Below are positions 10,102 through 19,580 of a stretch of 64,000 nt of DNA, piece by piece. Under the pieces are notes generated by a model that was not told the origin of the DNA, did no database searches, and saw only the letters and a program-made list of their open reading frames with translations. The stretch comes from a virus. The position numbers were made by a program, and so were the translations under genes. The number at the start of each line of letters is the position of its first letter. Position 1 is the stretch's first letter. The stretch is taken from the IMG/VR virus record IMGVR_UViG_3300030329_001671, positions 24,487 through 88,486 of that record; one strand, 5' to 3'.

Positions 10102-10684
10102 ACTAATTGGGCTACACGGTAAAATGCACACAGGCAAGTCTGCTGTAGCTAAACTAATTAAACAAAAAGATCCTAATAGAATTGAAATTATGTCCTTCGC
10201 TGGAAAACTCAGAGAAGTACTAAATGTTTTAGGCATTCAGGAAACTAGAGAGTCTATGCAACAAGTAGGGCAAAGTTTGAGGGATATATGGCCAGATGTT
10301 TGGGTGAAAGCCGTTCATAAAGATGTTCAGCGGAGGTTAAATTTAGGGCATTCTGTAATTTTCGATGATTTACGGTATCTTAATGAATTCGATTACGTCC
10401 GGGAAGAAAATGGTTTACTAGTTAAGTTGTATGCGGATGAGGAAGTGCGGTGGGACAGATATCAAAAGTCTAGTAAATGGGAACCGGGGGCAACTAGGGA
10501 AAAATGGAATTACGCTCAAACCCATTCATCCGAATTAGAATTAGATGATAAGGAATTAGATTGGAATCTAGCTATCGACACGAATAATTTATCTAAACGT
10601 GACATGAACGGTGTGGCCGACGCACTAGTGATAAGCCTTCAAGGTATGAGGAATATAAATGATAGAAGAAACTTGGACAGTTGA
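10094..10684 (+). CDS. Deoxynucleoside monophosphate kinase
   Basis: LIGLHGKMHTGKS, SFA..LRE, R..MQ..G...R, DDLRY.NE, HSSE. Confidence 0.88.
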   Translation: MAKLIGLHGKMHTGKSAVAKLIKQKDPNRIEIMSFAGKLREVLNVLGIQETRESMQQVGQSLRDIWPDVWVKAVHKDVQRRLNLGHSVIFDDLRYLNEFDYVREENGLLVKLYADEEVRWDRYQKSSKWEPGATREKWNYAQTHSSELELDDKELDWNLAIDTNNLSKRDMNGVADALVISLQGMRNINDRRNLDS

Positions 10685-11159
10685 AAAAGGCTACAATAAA
10701 GCTAATCAATATGTAGAGGATATGGAAATTCCTTTTATTAGAATTGAAGACAACACTCGTGAAGATATTACGTTTGGGAATTTGTCGGAAGCGACTAACG
10801 AACAACTACAGGAATACTTATCTGTGTCTGGAGCTTGGTTAGCTTTTGTTGAATTAAATTTAGCCGCTTTGGGCGCAAAAAAGGGCGCATATGAAACGGC
10901 GTTTGAAACAGGGATGAAGGTAGAAAAAGCCAAGCTAGCTGAAGAATATTTAGAAAAAGGAATCCGTAAACCTACTATTGATGAAATGGAAGGTATAATA
11001 CTAAGAGACAATAAACGTCTAAACACTAGTATGAAAACCCTAATAGAAATCAGAGCTGCCTACGATAAATTATTAGGGCGTAAAGAAGCCTTTAAGGGAT
11101 TGTTTAATACATCTAGTAGAGTATTATCCGCTAGAAGCCTAGAGGCAGGAAAAGGATAA
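10659..11159 (+). CDS. Helical protein, possible UvsY-like recombination mediator
   Basis: Coiled-coil character ending in SSRVLS.R; located in the recombination cluster. Confidence 0.55.
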   Translation: MIEETWTVEKGYNKANQYVEDMEIPFIRIEDNTREDITFGNLSEATNEQLQEYLSVSGAWLAFVELNLAALGAKKGAYETAFETGMKVEKAKLAEEYLEKGIRKPTIDEMEGIILRDNKRLNTSMKTLIEIRAAYDKLLGRKEAFKGLFNTSSRVLSARSLEAGKG

Positions 11160-11638
11160 TGGATATTATAGAAAAAGATCGGTTTATGGAAATAATGACG
11201 ATAATAGCCGAGGCGGTTTACGACTTCCACGATAGATGGGGATTTACTCACACCGGCTCTTATGAAGGTCAATCCGATCAGGCTTTGGCCAAAGAGCGAA
11301 TTCCTATTATAAAGGAAGAAGTGAAAGAATGGCAAGCCTCCATTAAAAATTTCCGAAAGGATCCTGCTAATTTTGATGAAGAAACTGGAGATTTGTTGTG
11401 GGTAGCTATGGGTAATTTGATGGCTGTAGCTACTTCGGACGCTAGGGATAGAATTGTTAAATTAGTAGTAGATAAAAATAATTCTAAAAATATTGAAAAT
11501 TATGCCATACGTAAAGATATTGGCAAACTCATTTCTATCCATAAACCCGAAAAGTGGAAAGGTGCTGAGGAGCAACTAAAAGAAGAATGGAGTCAGAGAG
11601 GCTTTGTTCTGGAGGAAGGGTCATCCACACAGGAATAG
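11159..11638 (+). CDS. MazG-like nucleotide pyrophosphohydrolase
   Basis: V.DFH..WG, EEVKE and EETGDLL acidic motifs, V.DKN.SK. Confidence 0.75.
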   Translation: MDIIEKDRFMEIMTIIAEAVYDFHDRWGFTHTGSYEGQSDQALAKERIPIIKEEVKEWQASIKNFRKDPANFDEETGDLLWVAMGNLMAVATSDARDRIVKLVVDKNNSKNIENYAIRKDIGKLISIHKPEKWKGAEEQLKEEWSQRGFVLEEGSSTQE

Positions 11639-12069
11639 ATTGTAGTTCTAAGGCGGTTCACGCCACAACTATAGATAATAACGGCAATATAGTTAGATGT
11701 CTAAAATTTGACGCTAAAGGTAAGACTTCAGCAGATAGGTTCCCTGATATAGCTAAAGGTTTAGGAGTTCTTCCTTCCATGGTTGAGGGTGGAACAGTGG
11801 CTATAGAGAAACCATTGTATTTTAAAAATCCCCATTCCACTATTTCTATATCTGAGGTAGTTGGAGCAGTAAAAGAAGTGTTAGAGTTGGCTAATATTTC
11901 ATATAAAACTGTGGATAATCGAGTGTGGAAAAAGGAAATTATAAGTATGGGTAATGCGTCTAAAGATGATATAATTAAATATGCGACTAAATATTTTGAC
12001 GCAGATTTTGAAGAGCAAGATTGGGCTGATGCAGCCTGTATAGCAGAATGGAGCAGAAGAAATGCCTAG
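11587..12069 (+). CDS. RuvC-like Holliday junction resolvase
   Basis: GIDCSS, VAIEKP, WKK.....GNASKDD, DWADAACIA. Confidence 0.85.
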   Translation: MESERLCSGGRVIHTGIDCSSKAVHATTIDNNGNIVRCLKFDAKGKTSADRFPDIAKGLGVLPSMVEGGTVAIEKPLYFKNPHSTISISEVVGAVKEVLELANISYKTVDNRVWKKEIISMGNASKDDIIKYATKYFDADFEEQDWADAACIAEWSRRNA

Positions 12070-12568
12070 AAAGCCGGGATCAATCCGTCGAAAGCCGAAG
12101 AAGCCTACTTTTGTAGTAACCAAGAAAGGAGATCCTAAGCACACTAGTGCTTTTGTACCTCCTGTTGAACATGTTCCAAATTCTGTCGAAGACTATAAGA
12201 AAGTTGTATACTGCAACGCCGCAGATTGTATGTTTAATAAGCAGGTAGAGGAACTTGTACATACTGAAACAGTAGTACGGCGGGGAAATAACAAACATTC
12301 TACTTGGAAGCCTCTCACCCCACAAATGGAGAAAATCTGGAAGTCTGTATGTACCCGAAGTGAAGTTGTAATCGACATTAAGACTCAGATGGGTCCAAGT
12401 GGGAGTAAAACTAGAGTACCGGGATGCCATACACCATGGGAACGTGGTCGATCAGGGCATGTTGATTTTAGCAAACGCATGGGAGAATCTTACACTATAG
12501 ATGATAGTCAAGACCCAATGGCTAGAGATGAAGGATGGGTAATGGAAAATTCCCCATTCCAAAACTAA
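12062..12568 (+). CDS. Hypothetical protein (basic N-terminus, Cys-containing)
   Basis: Coupled ORF; CNAADC.FN...C...C possible metal site. Confidence 0.6.
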   Translation: MPRKPGSIRRKPKKPTFVVTKKGDPKHTSAFVPPVEHVPNSVEDYKKVVYCNAADCMFNKQVEELVHTETVVRRGNNKHSTWKPLTPQMEKIWKSVCTRSEVVIDIKTQMGPSGSKTRVPGCHTPWERGRSGHVDFSKRMGESYTIDDSQDPMARDEGWVMENSPFQN

Positions 12569-12577
12569 GGATTTTGA

Positions 12578-13087
12578 ATGAATCGAAAATACTCTCAAGA
12601 AGTTAAAGACTTTGCTGCAAAAACGTATATTCACGACGATGTAATAATTCCTAAAATTAAAGAAAATATTTTAGAAAAATTCGAGGTCGAAATTCCAGAA
12701 GATACGTTATACCAATGGTCTAAAGAGCAAGGTTGGAAAGAATTACGTACCAAAGCTATTGCTAAGGCAAGGGATAAGATGGTAGAGCTTGAAGCAGATC
12801 ATAGGCGACTAGAATCAGAAATTCATTTAGATCAATATAAGAAAATAACCTCTAAAGCAGCAGAAGCTCTAGGCATTCTTCAATTTGATAGGGCTTCAGA
12901 TGCCGCTAAAGCGGTGGATATGGGCATCAAGGGTGAGCGCACTATTCTAGAAGGTTTGATTTCTCGAAGATTTATTCAAGGAATTGTTACTATCATCATG
13001 GAAGAGGTAAATGACAAAGAATTGCGTCAAAGACTAGGAAATAGACTCCAAGACTTTTTGCTAGAATTTGAGGACACTAATGGTTAA
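12578..13087 (+). CDS. Terminase small subunit (putative)
   Basis: N-terminal HTH-like region (KYSQEVK..A...Y; TLYQW....GW...R) directly upstream of TerL. Confidence 0.7.
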   Translation: MNRKYSQEVKDFAAKTYIHDDVIIPKIKENILEKFEVEIPEDTLYQWSKEQGWKELRTKAIAKARDKMVELEADHRRLESEIHLDQYKKITSKAAEALGILQFDRASDAAKAVDMGIKGERTILEGLISRRFIQGIVTIIMEEVNDKELRQRLGNRLQDFLLEFEDTNG

Positions 13088-14777
13088 CGCTTCAAAAAGC
13101 GAAAACGCTAAATTATCTTGGTCAGAAGCCGTTAATGAACTAGTTTCAGATTTAACTAATGATACTAGTATCGAGGTTCCGGAAACTTTTAAAGAATTTG
13201 TCTCAACAATTTGGAAATTTAGTTTCCCCCACCCCGAATTATTCGACATTTGGCATGTTGGTTTTATTTGCGATGAGTTAGATAGAGCCTTAGATGAGGG
13301 ACAAAACTTTATTTGTGTGCTTCCCCGTGGACACTGGAAATCTACGATTTTAGGTCATGGGTATACGATTTGGCAATTAATGAGGACTCCTTCTAATAGT
13401 AAGAGTCTGTTGTATGCTTCTTACAACCACGATATGGTAAGATACCATGTTAGAACTATGAAAGATGAGATACGAGCAAATCCTATTTTGTCTAATGAGT
13501 GGTTTACTAGAGATTTGGCTAGAGGAGCAGATAACTCCATACGATACCAAACCGCAGATGGGGGTATTGTACGAGTAGAAATGGCAGGAGTAACTCAGTT
13601 TAAACGAGGACTTCACACTAATGCTGGAATGGTAGTAGACGACATACTAAAAGATGCTAACTCTCCTACTGATCCCGGTGAATTGCCTAAAATTAAAGAT
13701 TTATTCTTTAGGGCGTTGATGCCTATTCCTAACCCCGGAACTCCTACAGTTGTAGTGGGAACGCCAATGGCACCCGGCGACTTGATGGCTACGCTTATAG
13801 ACGATGAAAAATTTAATAGTGTAGTACTACCTGCATTTGACCCTGTACCCGGTAGACATGTTTTAGCTCCAGAAATTCGGGATAAAGAGTGGCTAGAAGC
13901 GTACAAAAAGAGTAACCGTAGTTCTTTTGCCTCAGAATATATGCTACAACCCCATTTTGGAACGGATGGGTATTTCACAGAAGAAGAAATTGAAAAGTGC
14001 GAAGATGAATCGCTGAAAATTTACAGGAGAACTCTAGATCACGCCGACGACTTAACTGAGGATTATGAATGGGTAGTAGCTGGATATGATGTAGGAAAAC
14101 GTCGCCACCCTGCCCATTTAGCTATTTTTGGAAAGCGTAAAACGGACGGACACATTGTTCAATTGTACCACGAGTTTATACGGGGCATGTCGTATCAGGC
14201 GCAGGTTGACATATTAAATCAGGTAGCGACTAATTTTCAAATAGATAAAGGTTTTATTGATAACACAGACAGGGCGTTAGAAGAAAGGGGTTTGCAAACC
14301 GATCACGAGCAAGGATTAAGTGATAAAGAAAATACTGAACGAGTTAGACATTTAAGAGGGTTGAATAGAAAGTGGGATTTGATGCACTTTAGCCGTAGAG
14401 CCAAAAACAACATGGCTACAAAATTTGAACATTATGTTGTTAGCGAAAAACTTCATTTATTACCTGATGCTGTACAGAAAGAGCAAATTTTGGTGGTAAA
14501 TAGAGATTTATACGCAGCGGAGACACCTAACGGTCACGGAGACTCTTTTTGGAGCATAGGATTGGCCTGTTTAGCAGCCGATAAGTTAGAAGGGCCTGCG
14601 TCGTATACAGGGGTAGGTGACGCTCAAGTTTTCTCCGGAAATTCGGTCGAAAATAGCGAACCAGTAGCCGATCATCCAGCGTATAATAATGACATGCCTG
14701 AAGACGAAGAGCTGACTGCTGCGCTGGGCAATATTTACGCTAAAGCCGTTGAAATGTACGGCGAAGAATCCCTATAG
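13080..14777 (+). CDS. terL: Terminase large subunit
   Basis: PRGHWKST Walker A, RG.H, VVDD Walker B, VGTP, nuclease GYDVG, HGDSFWS. Confidence 0.93.
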   Translation: MVNASKSENAKLSWSEAVNELVSDLTNDTSIEVPETFKEFVSTIWKFSFPHPELFDIWHVGFICDELDRALDEGQNFICVLPRGHWKSTILGHGYTIWQLMRTPSNSKSLLYASYNHDMVRYHVRTMKDEIRANPILSNEWFTRDLARGADNSIRYQTADGGIVRVEMAGVTQFKRGLHTNAGMVVDDILKDANSPTDPGELPKIKDLFFRALMPIPNPGTPTVVVGTPMAPGDLMATLIDDEKFNSVVLPAFDPVPGRHVLAPEIRDKEWLEAYKKSNRSSFASEYMLQPHFGTDGYFTEEEIEKCEDESLKIYRRTLDHADDLTEDYEWVVAGYDVGKRRHPAHLAIFGKRKTDGHIVQLYHEFIRGMSYQAQVDILNQVATNFQIDKGFIDNTDRALEERGLQTDHEQGLSDKENTERVRHLRGLNRKWDLMHFSRRAKNNMATKFEHYVVSEKLHLLPDAVQKEQILVVNRDLYAAETPNGHGDSFWSIGLACLAADKLEGPASYTGVGDAQVFSGNSVENSEPVADHPAYNNDMPEDEELTAALGNIYAKAVEMYGEESL

Positions 14778-14787
14778 GAGAACCTCT

Positions 14788-17106
14788 GTGACGACACTTA
14801 TTGCCCATCCCCAAGTACAGACAGAATCACACACTAATTCAGAAGACCACATCCACGACCATTCAGCACATACCCCCATTCAACTCTCTCCAAGTTTCTT
14901 AGATAAATACGAATCGCAAGATTCTCCACTAAGTCCTATGGGATCTTTTGTATTTTATAGAACTTATTCTAGATTTTCTAATAAATTAGGTAGGCGAGAG
15001 ACTTGGTTAGAGGCATGTAAGCGAGCGATAGAGTATAACGTTGGATTGGCGTATACGCACCTTGAAAAAATCGGATACACTCCAGATGTAGATAAGTTGA
15101 ATAAGGAAGCGGAATCTTTATTCGATTCAATGTATAACACAAAACAGTTTGTTAGCGGGCGAACTCTTTGGATAGGCGGAGGAGAAAATCACGTTGCAGA
15201 TAAGTATCCTCTAGCCAATTATAATTGTTCTTTTACCGCTATAGAAAAATGGGGAGATTTAGCCGATCTATTTTACCTCCTATTAGTGGGGACAGGCGTA
15301 GGATTCAAATGCACCCCCGAAATGGCAGAAAATCTTCCTCCGATTAGAGCGAATATCGAAGTTTTGCATGATGATTATGTACCCGCTGCTCCCGAAAAAC
15401 GTTTAGAAAACACTAAATGGATAGACTTAGAGCAAGGGTATGCCAAGATTTACATTGGGGACTCTAAGGAGGGCTGGGTTGAAGCCTTACGATTGTTCCT
15501 AAAGATTCTGACTGAATATGAGTATGAACACATCAAAACAGTCAAATTTGATTATAACTCTGTTCGACCTAGAGGTGAAAAACTTAAGACTTTTGGAGGA
15601 ACCGCATCAGGACCCGAACCTTTGAGGGAAATGTTCGATGGATTCCATCAAGTACTCACAAATCAAATTGACCCTCACCTTGAACCACTACAAAGGGTTT
15701 ATCAGGGCTATTACAAAGTCCGCCCTATTCATATATTAGATATGGGTAACTTGATAGGCAATAACGTAGTAGTCGGGGGAGTCCGACGTACGGCAGAAAT
15801 TTTTCTGATGGGTGAAGGTGATTATGAGTCACTACTAGCTAAATACGCCATAAATGGTCTTTGGACAGATGAGCAATTTGAAGCCCACGACAAGTTAGGG
15901 AAACAATTAGAAAATATAGGTGAAAAACCTGCTTGGTGGGATTCTCTAAAGTTAGAGAATGGTCAAAATTCTAGAGAAGGATTAGATCATCGAAGGATGT
16001 CTAATAACTCTATAGTATTTTCCGACCAGCCAGATAAGCAATATCTTGACATGGTTTTTGATATGATGCGTTATGAGGGCGAACCCGGATTCTTTAATGA
16101 AGAAGAAGCATCTAGACGACGACCTAATGCTGTGGGAACCAATCCTTGTGGAGAAATTCTTTTAGATAGTCATGGTGTATGTAACCTCACTACAGTAAAC
16201 ATGTCAGCCTTTGTAGAAAATGGTGACTTGGATATAGATGGTCTAATCGAGGCTCAAAAAATGTCCGCTAGGGCAGGTTTACGTATGACGTTGGTGGATT
16301 TGGAGTTGCCCGCATGGAATCTAGTCCAACAGAGGGATAGATTACTAGGAACATCTCTAACTGGAGTCAAAGATGCGTTTTCTGCTGTATCATATAGTAA
16401 GAGTGAACAAAATTCTGTTTTGCAGCGTCTACGAGAAGCTGCCAATTCGGAGGCCATCAGATATTCTAAGGAGTTGAGAGTTAACTCGCCTTTGTTGGTA
16501 ACAACCGTAAAACCTGAGGGAACGTTAAGTTTGGTAGCCGGGGGAGTCTCGGCGGGAATTCACATGTCCCACAGCCCATACTACATTCGCCGTATGCGTA
16601 TTAGTTCGATTGACCCCATGGTACAGGTAATTCGGGAATTAGATTGGCCTATATCTCCAGAAGTTGGAACTCCGGGAGATAGTTTAGAAGAAAAAATGAA
16701 TAATGCTAGAACTCTAGTTATAGATTTTCCAGTTAAAGCTAGTAGCACAGATACTAAAAACAATGTGTCTCTAGCAGATCAAATGGATACGTATTTTCAG
16801 TTTCAGGACAATTATACCGACCACAATACTTCCATAACCATGACTGTAAAGAACGATGAATGGGATTTAGCTAAAGAATTAGCATGGAAAAATTGGGATA
16901 AATGGATGGGAGCATCCTTTTTAGCCCATGATGGAGGAACTTACGAGTTGGCTCCGTATGAGGAAATCACTGAAGAGGAGTATAATAATATTAGTGCGTC
17001 ATTTAGAGAATTCGATCCAACTTTGTTATATAAGTACGAATCGGTGGAAGTAGACACCGAACTCATAGACGAAGCGTGTGAGTCGGGAGTATGCCCGATT
17101 AGATAA
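14788..17106 (+). CDS. nrdJ: Class II (B12-dependent) ribonucleoside-triphosphate reductase
   Basis: FYRTYSR, NCSF, GTGVG, GGVRR.AEI, TNPCGEI, TVKPEGT, C-terminal CESGVCP; GGAG RBS before GTG 14788. Confidence 0.95.
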   Translation: MTTLIAHPQVQTESHTNSEDHIHDHSAHTPIQLSPSFLDKYESQDSPLSPMGSFVFYRTYSRFSNKLGRRETWLEACKRAIEYNVGLAYTHLEKIGYTPDVDKLNKEAESLFDSMYNTKQFVSGRTLWIGGGENHVADKYPLANYNCSFTAIEKWGDLADLFYLLLVGTGVGFKCTPEMAENLPPIRANIEVLHDDYVPAAPEKRLENTKWIDLEQGYAKIYIGDSKEGWVEALRLFLKILTEYEYEHIKTVKFDYNSVRPRGEKLKTFGGTASGPEPLREMFDGFHQVLTNQIDPHLEPLQRVYQGYYKVRPIHILDMGNLIGNNVVVGGVRRTAEIFLMGEGDYESLLAKYAINGLWTDEQFEAHDKLGKQLENIGEKPAWWDSLKLENGQNSREGLDHRRMSNNSIVFSDQPDKQYLDMVFDMMRYEGEPGFFNEEEASRRRPNAVGTNPCGEILLDSHGVCNLTTVNMSAFVENGDLDIDGLIEAQKMSARAGLRMTLVDLELPAWNLVQQRDRLLGTSLTGVKDAFSAVSYSKSEQNSVLQRLREAANSEAIRYSKELRVNSPLLVTTVKPEGTLSLVAGGVSAGIHMSHSPYYIRRMRISSIDPMVQVIRELDWPISPEVGTPGDSLEEKMNNARTLVIDFPVKASSTDTKNNVSLADQMDTYFQFQDNYTDHNTSITMTVKNDEWDLAKELAWKNWDKWMGASFLAHDGGTYELAPYEEITEEEYNNISASFREFDPTLLYKYESVEVDTELIDEACESGVCPIR

Positions 17107-17116
17107 GGAGGCTATT

Positions 17117-17596
17117 ATGCCGGCAGGAGAGCAGTTACGTCAAAGAACGCAGCAGTTTGCAGTAAAGTACGATGAAGCTAGCCATATATGGAGAATTCTC
17201 GATACATGGAATAAATCTTTAGAAGCTTTACAGGCAACCGATGAAATTCCAGACGATCATCCCGCTATGGTGCTATTACCCATGGCAGGTATGATTGAGG
17301 TTGTAAGGGTAGCGGAGGAGTTAAATTTACTCGAACATATGTTTGGGGGAGTTTCCGAGGATGAGTTGGCGGAGGTGGAGGAGCGATTAGCCGCTTCTGA
17401 AGCCACAGTAAAAACTTTGAAAGAGCAATTAGACTTAGCCAGAACGTCTAAGCCTGATTCTAGTGAACCAGAAATTGTAAAGGAAGCATTATCCGATCAA
17501 TCTCAGGTAGCTATGGCAGCTATACACGCTCTTACACAAATAACAGGCCAAAGTCAGATCGACAAGGTGGTAAATGGCAGGACGACTAACCCTTAA
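17117..17596 (+). CDS. Hypothetical protein with coiled coil
   Basis: AAGGAGG RBS; coupled to portal. Confidence 0.65.
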   Translation: MPAGEQLRQRTQQFAVKYDEASHIWRILDTWNKSLEALQATDEIPDDHPAMVLLPMAGMIEVVRVAEELNLLEHMFGGVSEDELAEVEERLAASEATVKTLKEQLDLARTSKPDSSEPEIVKEALSDQSQVAMAAIHALTQITGQSQIDKVVNGRTTNP

Positions 17597-19580
17597 TGAT
17601 TTTGCTCCAGAAGCTGGTCATTTAGCCCAAAAGGAATATGAGCTCAGTAGCCTTCTTAATACTATGGGGCAACAGGCTCTAATAAATAAAAGCGGAGAAA
17701 CTTACAGAAACCCAACTTTTGGGGTAGATCAAGTAGTAAACGTTTGGGTTCAACAACAAGCTGCCTTTAGGCAGCATATGATTCAGGATATCCAGCAGAT
17801 TGCACAATCTGTGGAAGAAGTTAGATCTCCTGTCAACCATATTATTTCAGAAATTTTCCGTCGTGGTGTAACGTGGCAACCAGCGTTTGCCGTTAAATGT
17901 AGTAGTTGTTCCACGGAATATAAAAACAAGCCTGAGGCGTGTACTAATAAGGGTTGTGATTACGAAGGAAGTTCAGAAACTCTCGTAGAACCTGATGCCG
18001 ATCAATACCAAAAACTCAAGTCTTTTATAACTGATTGTAACGTCTTCGACCAAACTCTAGAGGATGTTCTTAGGGAATTTTGGTGGGACGTAAACACTAT
18101 AGACGACGGATTTATTTATTTCGCCAAAGAATATAAAGATTATGGAGAGAAAGTCCGTTCTAAAGTTATTTCCGTGGAACGATTGAATCCGGCTCTTATC
18201 GAGTACGATTTAGATAAATCTACAGGTGTTCCTAAAGCATTACATTATGTTTGTTACATTCACAGGGATGCTGCAGCTTCTGAGGTACCCGAAAACTGTA
18301 ATGCGTGTGGAAAACCGTTAGTTCCTGCTATGTTTACTTACCGATATAGAGGTAAGGAAGTTTATCTCTTAGATTCGGAAGTTCTACACGTATCTAAATT
18401 TATGCCCACCCGAACTTACGGGTGGTCACCAGTTCTAACGCTATTTGATAAAGTCTTAACGATTATCGGTATGGATAAGACTCTTTACCGTTACTTCTTT
18501 GAGCGTAAGATGCCCGCATCCATGATTTTGATTTCTACGGATGATCCGGATAGTTTGAGGGCAGAACGGGAGCGGGTAGAACAAGAAATTCGACAAAACC
18601 CAGAATATATTCCTATGATTGCAGTTAGCAACGAATCTCAACGTGGAAAGGTTGACATGATTCGTTTGTTCCACAATTTGCAAGAAATGGACTATTTACC
18701 TGTTAGACAGGAAATTAGGGAAAGAATTGCAGCTATGTGGGGTGTAACTCCTGCATGGCAGGGTGCGCCTGAAGGATTCGGCGGACTATCGACCCAAACT
18801 CAGCAACTAGTTGTCATGAGCAGAGTGGTTGAGGGCGACCAACGTATTTTCCACGAAAAGGTATTCCCGATTATCTTGGATATGTTTGGAATTACTGACT
18901 GGAAGCTAGAGTTACTCACTCCAGAAGAAAAAGCCGAAGCTACCCAACTTCAGTTCGTACAACAAAAAGTTATGATTGCGAGCCAATTGCTACAAGAAGG
19001 ATATGACGTAAAATTGAAGTCTTTGGACTCTGGAATAATGAGTTTGGACTTTGAAATATCTGGAAAGGGTCTAGGACCTAAAGAGCAGATGGAGATGCAA
19101 CAGCAACAAATGATGGGTGGCGGTATGGAAGGCATGGGAATGAGTATGGAAGGCATGCCTGATGGTATGGGCGACGCTGAACAAGGTATGACTGAACCTC
19201 CAGTTGCTCAAGGGCAACCCGGAATAGGTGGAGCAGGTAGAGACCAGACAGGTCAAATGGATTCTGGTGTTCCCGAAATGCAACCGAACATCCAAAATGC
19301 CTTTAATAGTAATTACAATGGCACAAAAACGATGTTGAAACAAGTTATAGATAGGGGACATATCCCAGAAATACAAGATGTTACTACCGATATGGGTAAA
19401 ATGTGGTTCAAGTCTAGCGGAGATGATTACGTCGCTACGTTTAATAAAACTGGTGATTTGATGGATATCGAACCTGCCCATTTCCCTAAACCCCCAGAAG
19501 ATAGGGGTAAAAACAAGCAAATGAATGCTATATACCAACCAGATAAATTAGACTTGCCGGATGGACTAGATGACCTCTAA
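17574..19580 (+). CDS. Portal protein
   Basis: D...IDDGFIY, EVLH.......YGWSP, YFF...P, EMDY......RE.IAA.WGV.P portal motifs; position after TerL. Confidence 0.88.
   Translation: MAGRLTLNDFAPEAGHLAQKEYELSSLLNTMGQQALINKSGETYRNPTFGVDQVVNVWVQQQAAFRQHMIQDIQQIAQSVEEVRSPVNHIISEIFRRGVTWQPAFAVKCSSCSTEYKNKPEACTNKGCDYEGSSETLVEPDADQYQKLKSFITDCNVFDQTLEDVLREFWWDVNTIDDGFIYFAKEYKDYGEKVRSKVISVERLNPALIEYDLDKSTGVPKALHYVCYIHRDAAASEVPENCNACGKPLVPAMFTYRYRGKEVYLLDSEVLHVSKFMPTRTYGWSPVLTLFDKVLTIIGMDKTLYRYFFERKMPASMILISTDDPDSLRAERERVEQEIRQNPEYIPMIAVSNESQRGKVDMIRLFHNLQEMDYLPVRQEIRERIAAMWGVTPAWQGAPEGFGGLSTQTQQLVVMSRVVEGDQRIFHEKVFPIILDMFGITDWKLELLTPEEKAEATQLQFVQQKVMIASQLLQEGYDVKLKSLDSGIMSLDFEISGKGLGPKEQMEMQQQQMMGGGMEGMGMSMEGMPDGMGDAEQGMTEPPVAQGQPGIGGAGRDQTGQMDSGVPEMQPNIQNAFNSNYNGTKTMLKQVIDRGHIPEIQDVTTDMGKMWFKSSGDDYVATFNKTGDLMDIEPAHFPKPPEDRGKNKQMNAIYQPDKLDLPDGLDDL

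Noticed and set aside
5812-17106. Inteins or introns in PolA, RecA, TerL or NrdJ
   Set aside because: Lengths are normal, ORFs are uninterrupted and no intein terminal motifs or homing endonuclease were seen.
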